Under the pieces are notes generated by a model that saw only the letters and a list, made by a program, of their open reading frames with translations, was not told the origin of the DNA and did not search any database. A stretch of 31,459 bases of DNA, taken from assembly GCA_020725385.1 (NCBI GenBank), contig DYFC01000063.1, forward strand, positions 1 through 31,459, read 5' to 3'. Below are positions 27,150 through 31,459 of the stretch, piece after piece; position 1 is the stretch's first letter; each line of letters begins with the position of its first letter. The translations under genes were made by a program, and so were the position numbers. The stretch is from Nitrospira japonica. GTDB lineage: Bacteria > Nitrospirota > Thermodesulfovibrionia > Thermodesulfovibrionales > SM23-35.

Positions 27150-27289
27150 TTAATGTAGAAACCTTTTATATTATTACCTTGATTTTATTATACATAATTA
27201 GCCTTAATAATATTTATCGTCTAAAATGTATTTATTATTAAACTAACTAAGAGAAGTCATTTTGTTAAAATTTGTAAAAGAGGAAAAAA

Positions 27290-28126
27290 TTGAGACTTCC
27301 TGAATGGATTAAAGTCGATAATAAAGGACTTCATAATGTAAAACGTATTCTGAGACATTATGGCGTTGAGTCTGTATGCGAGCAGGCTAAATGTCCAAAT
27401 ATTAGCACATGCTTTAATAAACCTGCTGCTGCTTTTATGATTCTTGGAAAGACTTGTACAAGAAATTGTAATTTTTGTGCTATAAAATCCGGCGTGCCCG
27501 AAGCACCGGATTTAGCAGAACCTGAAATGGTAGCAATGGCAGCTAAAGTTATGAGGTTAAAATATATAGTCATAACTTCTGTTACACGGGACGATTTACC
27601 AGATGGCGGAGCAGAACAATTTGCTAAAACTGTAGAGGCTGTAAAAAAATATCTTCCGGAATCTAAGGTTGAGGTTTTAACGCCTGATTTTAAAGGCGAT
27701 GAAAAGAATATAGATATTGTCTTATCTTCCCGGCCTGACGTATTTAATCACAATTTAGAAACTGTACCTTCTCTTTATACTAAAGTCAGACCAGTGGCTG
27801 ATTATAACCGTTCGCTTGAAGTATTGGCTTATGTTAAGAAAAAAAACAATCGTTTGCTAACAAAATCCGGACTTATGCTTGGTTTTGGAGAAAAATTAAC
27901 CGAAGTTTATAAGGTTCTAAATGATTTAAGGAATGTAGAATGTGATATTATTACTATAGGACAATATCTAAGGCCTTCTAAGACTCATTTGCCTGTTGTT
28001 GAGTATATAAGGCCTGAGCTATTTGATAGCTTACGTATAAATGCACTATCAATGGGGTTCAAATATGTTGCATCTGCCCCATTGGTCAGAAGTTCAATGA
28101 ATGCCGAAGAGATGTATAATATATAA
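27290..28126 (+). CDS. lipA: lipoyl synthase
   Basis: CX4CX5C (CEQAKCPNISTC), CX3CX2C (CTRNCNFC), TSVTRDDL, HNLETV, GQYLRP and RSS. Confidence 0.95.
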   Translation: MRLPEWIKVDNKGLHNVKRILRHYGVESVCEQAKCPNISTCFNKPAAAFMILGKTCTRNCNFCAIKSGVPEAPDLAEPEMVAMAAKVMRLKYIVITSVTRDDLPDGGAEQFAKTVEAVKKYLPESKVEVLTPDFKGDEKNIDIVLSSRPDVFNHNLETVPSLYTKVRPVADYNRSLEVLAYVKKKNNRLLTKSGLMLGFGEKLTEVYKVLNDLRNVECDIITIGQYLRPSKTHLPVVEYIRPELFDSLRINALSMGFKYVASAPLVRSSMNAEEMYNI

Positions 28127-28178
28127 AAATTAGGTTAATTCTAAATTACGGTTTAACCGGGTTAGGAGTGAATGGAAT

Positions 28179-29489
28179 ATGAAAAAAGATAAGGTCAATG
28201 TAGGAATTATCGGTTTTGGAGTTGTAGGAAGCGGAACAGCAAAGGTTCTACTGAATAATAAAAATATTCTCAAACAAAGATTGGGGTTTGAACTTAATCT
28301 TAAAAAAATAGCAGACCTTGATATTACAACAGACAGAGGTATAAAGATTCCTGAAGGTGTTCTCACAACTGATGTTAATAATATTTTCAATGATCCGGAA
28401 ATCGATATCGTTGTGGAACTAATTGGCGGTATCAGGCCGGCAAAGGACTTCATTCTCAAGGCATTGGAAAAAAAGAAACATGTTGTTACAGCTAATAAAG
28501 CTTTGCTTGCAACAGAAGGTACAGATATATTCAATACTGCTTTTGAAAAAGGGGTTGAAGTTGGCTTCGAAGCATCCGTTGCTGGAGCAATTCCGATTAT
28601 CAAAGTTATGAAAGAAGGATTGGTTGCAAATAGAATTAAAGCAATTTACGGAATTATTAATGGCACGTCAAATTATATTTTGACAAAAATGACATACGAG
28701 AATATGGAATTCTCCGATGCCCTGAAAGAAGCTCAAAAATTAGGTTATGCAGAAGCAGACCCTACATTTGACATTGAAGGAATCGATACAGCTCATAAAA
28801 TTACAATACTTGCGACACTTTCATACGGTATTCCCTTGTCTTATAATTCCGTTCATATCGAGGGCATTACTAAAATAACCGCCCAGGACATATCTTTTGC
28901 AGATGAACTTGGATATAAGGTAAAACTTCTTGCAATTACAAAGGAAACAGATGGAGAAATAGAATTAAGAGTTCACCCAACCATGCTTCCAAAAGATTAT
29001 CTCATTGCAAAGGTTGACGGCCCATTTAATGCTATATATGTTGATGGAGATGCAACAGGTTCAACAATGTATTATGGTAGAGGAGCCGGTTCTGTCCCAA
29101 CAGGCAGTGCTGTTGTAAGTGATATAGCAGATATAGCGAGAAATATTCAGAAAGATGCGATAGGCAGGGTCCCTATAATCCCTCGCATTTCTGGTGAGGC
29201 AAAAATTAAGAAGATGGATAATATATCCTCGAGATACTATTTTAGATTTTCTGCGCTTGACAGACCCGGGGTACTTTCCAAAATATCAGGCATACTTGGA
29301 AATTTCGATATAAGTATCGCATCTGTTATTCAGAAAGGAAGGAGAATTGGTGAAGAAGTTCCGTTAGTAGTGCTTACTCACAAGGCAAGAGAAAAAGACG
29401 TAAGACAGGCACTTGAAGAAATAGACAAACTTCACGTTGTAACAAATAAAACTATATATATGAGAGTAGAAGGAGAAGAAGAGACTTAA
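28179..29489 (+). CDS. hom: homoserine dehydrogenase with C-terminal ACT domain
   Basis: GFGVVG, VVTANKA, FEASVAGAIP, GIINGTSNYIL, GYAEADP..DIEG.D, GAG..PT and ACT DRPGVL. Confidence 0.95.
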   Translation: MKKDKVNVGIIGFGVVGSGTAKVLLNNKNILKQRLGFELNLKKIADLDITTDRGIKIPEGVLTTDVNNIFNDPEIDIVVELIGGIRPAKDFILKALEKKKHVVTANKALLATEGTDIFNTAFEKGVEVGFEASVAGAIPIIKVMKEGLVANRIKAIYGIINGTSNYILTKMTYENMEFSDALKEAQKLGYAEADPTFDIEGIDTAHKITILATLSYGIPLSYNSVHIEGITKITAQDISFADELGYKVKLLAITKETDGEIELRVHPTMLPKDYLIAKVDGPFNAIYVDGDATGSTMYYGRGAGSVPTGSAVVSDIADIARNIQKDAIGRVPIIPRISGEAKIKKMDNISSRYYFRFSALDRPGVLSKISGILGNFDISIASVIQKGRRIGEEVPLVVLTHKAREKDVRQALEEIDKLHVVTNKTIYMRVEGEEET

Positions 29490-29500
29490 TAGTTAATTTA

Positions 29501-30253
29501 ATGAAGTTATCGCAGGAACAAAAACAGAGATATAAAAGACAGATTATTCTTAATCAAATAGGCGAGGAAGGCCAAATAAAAATCCTTTCTACAAGTGTTT
29601 GTATTGTCGGAGCAGGAGGCCTTGGTTCAGCATTAGGGTATTATCTTTCAGCTGCCGGTGTTGGAAAAATATGTATTGTTGACAATGATATTGTAGAATT
29701 AAGCAATCTTCAAAGGCAGATAGCTCACAGTACCGAACGTATTGGAGAATTGAAAGTTCTGTCAGCAAAGAAAACTTTTGAATCTCTCAATCCTGATATA
29801 AACATAATTCCCGAGAGATTACGGTTGTGTAAAGATAATATATTAGCCTTACTTAAAAATTACGATTTAATTTGCGATTGCAGTGATAATTTTGAGACAA
29901 GATTTCTTATTAATGATTCTTGTGTAGAACTTAAAAAACCATTAATAACAGGTGCTGTTTCACAGTTTGAAGGACAACTTACTGTAGTTATTCCAGATGA
30001 GAGTCCTTGTTATAGATGCTTGTTTGAAGCTCCACCTCCTTCAGAGTTTCAGGTCTCTTTACAAGAATCAGGAATTATTGGATTTGTACCCGGAGTAATA
30101 GGCTCTTTACAGGCAGGGGAAGCCATCAAATTAATTACTGGCACTGGAGAAGTTCTTAAGGGAGAACTTTTAATATATGATGCATTGAAGCAGTCTTTTA
30201 GAAAGGTGAAAATACCAAAAAATCCTGATTGTATTGCCTGCGGTAAAAACTAA
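29501..30253 (+). CDS. ThiF/MoeB/HesA-family E1-like adenylyltransferase
   Basis: RY.RQ, GAGGLG, D.D.V..SNLQRQ, D.SDN..TR, and Zn pairs CYRC and CIAC. The crossover-loop Cys is replaced (SLQESG). Confidence 0.9.
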   Translation: MKLSQEQKQRYKRQIILNQIGEEGQIKILSTSVCIVGAGGLGSALGYYLSAAGVGKICIVDNDIVELSNLQRQIAHSTERIGELKVLSAKKTFESLNPDINIIPERLRLCKDNILALLKNYDLICDCSDNFETRFLINDSCVELKKPLITGAVSQFEGQLTVVIPDESPCYRCLFEAPPPSEFQVSLQESGIIGFVPGVIGSLQAGEAIKLITGTGEVLKGELLIYDALKQSFRKVKIPKNPDCIACGKN

Positions 30254-30261
30254 AAAAACGT

Positions 30262-30534
30262 ATGTCTGTCACTGTATTAATTCCCGCTCCTTTTCAAAAT
30301 ATTACCGGGAACAAAGAAAAAATAGAATGTTCTTCAGGTAGTATTTTGAATATTATTAATCAACTTGATAGCGCATTTCCGGGAATTGCGGAAAAATTAA
30401 TTGAGCATGGAAGTATCAGAAGATACATAAATATATACATAAACGATAAGGATATTCGATTTCTTTTAAATGAAAATACTGTTGCAAAAGATGGTGATGA
30501 GGTTATGATTCTTCCGGCTATTTCTGAAGGATAG
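30262..30534 (+). CDS. MoaD/ThiS/CysO-like ubiquitin-fold protein with atypical -SEG C-terminus
   Basis: V.IP......G, L...FPG, NIYIN..DIRFL....T...DGDEV.ILPAI (CysO/MoaD pattern). Ends tct gaa gga tag. Confidence 0.85.
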   Translation: MSVTVLIPAPFQNITGNKEKIECSSGSILNIINQLDSAFPGIAEKLIEHGSIRRYINIYINDKDIRFLLNENTVAKDGDEVMILPAISEG

Positions 30535-30686
30535 TTATAGATTTCACATTATCAGGAATAATACAGACAACTTTATTAAGATTATGTATTGTATATTAGA
30601 AATTAAGCTATAATTATGTATAATTGTTAAAGAATATTTATAATGTTTTATTTAATTACATAATTGATGTCTGTTTTTAAGGTTTA

Positions 30687-30702
30687 TGTTCCACGTGGAA
30701 CA
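30687..30702. promoter_or_regulatory. parS centromere-like site
   Basis: Perfect palindrome TGTTCCACGTGGAACA (extends to 18 bp) matching the widespread parS consensus TGTTNCACGTGAAACA. It lies in an AT-rich intergenic region. Confidence 0.85.
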
Positions 30703-30850
30703 TTTTATAATTTTACTTAATCTGAAAATGCATAATAAGATACCTGCAAAATCAAATATTCCTATAAGAATGTTTGGTTGTATACTTAGTGGAGATAAAA
30801 TAGGTTTTGTGAATTATTTATGAAGCTACTACAAAATTTGAGGGATTACT

Positions 30851-31378
30851 ATGAATAGAGAAGAAAGAGAAAAAATTATTTTAGAGAAAATAAAAGAAGA
30901 GGAATTGCTCGAGCATATTAAAATTGAAGGGGCAAAAGAAGTAGTATGGGATACCTTGATTAATAATAAGCTTTTTAAACCGGAAGAGATAAAAATTGAC
31001 CCTTCTTTTAAAATTAAAATGATAGATTGTGAAGCTGTTTTAACATTAGATTTTCTTATTGTCCTTAATTCATATAATTTTCTTATAATTAAATGCTCTC
31101 CTTCTATAGAATCATGGGAAAGATATATTAAGGCAGTAGCAAGAATTTCTACAGACTATCAAATTCCTTATGCAATGGTTACAAATGGTTTTAACGCGAA
31201 AATAATTGATATTATTTCTGATAAGCTTATTGGTAATAATATTGGTGAATTATTCAATCGAAATGAAGCTCTTGAATTTGTAAAAAATTTCATTAAGATA
31301 CCTTTCCCGGTTAATAAAAGCGAGAGAGAGAAAAGAATTGCTTATGCTTTTGAAGGAATTAAATGTAAAATTTGTTAA
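30851..31378 (+). CDS. stand-alone type I restriction HsdR N-terminal-like domain protein (PD-(D/E)XK fold, likely degenerate)
   Basis: L...K.F..EEI, D......... IIKC and P.A.VTNG....I.D pattern of HSDR_N-type domains. C-terminal CKIC. GAGGG RBS. Confidence 0.6.
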   Translation: MNREEREKIILEKIKEEELLEHIKIEGAKEVVWDTLINNKLFKPEEIKIDPSFKIKMIDCEAVLTLDFLIVLNSYNFLIIKCSPSIESWERYIKAVARISTDYQIPYAMVTNGFNAKIIDIISDKLIGNNIGELFNRNEALEFVKNFIKIPFPVNKSEREKRIAYAFEGIKCKIC

Positions 31379-31459
31379 CCCAAAAATGCATTTGAAATAA
31401 TGCAGATGTTGCGAGAAAATTTATTTTTCGATACCTTAGTGTACGTTTAAAGATGATTT

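Noticed and set aside
28084-28110. LipA RSSM instead of RSSY as a sign of inactivity
   Set aside because: The RSS residues, including the cluster-ligating Ser, and both Cys motifs are intact.
3113-28611. Numerous short antisense or alternate-frame ORFs (e.g. 5717-6040, 14502-14828, 18982-19341, 20064-20471, 28130-28603)
   Set aside because: They are shadows of well-supported genes, without RBS or recognisable domains.
30535-30850. oriC in the AT-rich gap
   Set aside because: No cluster of TTATCCACA-type DnaA boxes (only one mismatched candidate near 30808), and no dnaA/dnaN/gidA is adjacent.

Overview
AT-rich chromosomal window from a diderm (LPS-making) bacterium. A Nitrospirota/Thermodesulfovibrionia-like or Desulfobacterota-like origin is inferred from gene content only. 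Bases 1-1840 are a decayed toxin-antitoxin (TA) cassette cluster: a frameshifted DUF2283-like fragment, an intact antitoxin with a frameshifted RelE/ParE toxin, and a VapB-like gene with a half-length VapC. The cluster is punctuated by 9-nt-periodic direct repeats and ends in a REP-like repeat mosaic. The rest is mostly housekeeping: a minus-strand run (cobA/hemD, ArnT-like GT, GT2, flippase-like protein, sixA, beta-CASP nuclease, orphan GroES, DinG helicase), lpxB-waaA, rel-TPR-oppDF-like ATPases, znuACB, mazG, a metallophosphoesterase, a PLP aminotransferase, a PAS-GAF-GGDEF cyclase, lipA-hom-moeB-moaD-like and a stand-alone HsdR-N-like gene. Non-coding highlights are a 165-bp MITE-like element with 26/28-bp terminal inverted repeats, several dispersed repeat families, a perfect parS palindrome and apparently leaderless promoters. 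The E1-like/ubiquitin-like pair is unusual: the carrier ends in -SEG instead of -GG, and its E1 lacks the crossover-loop Cys. No rRNA, tRNA or CRISPR array was seen.
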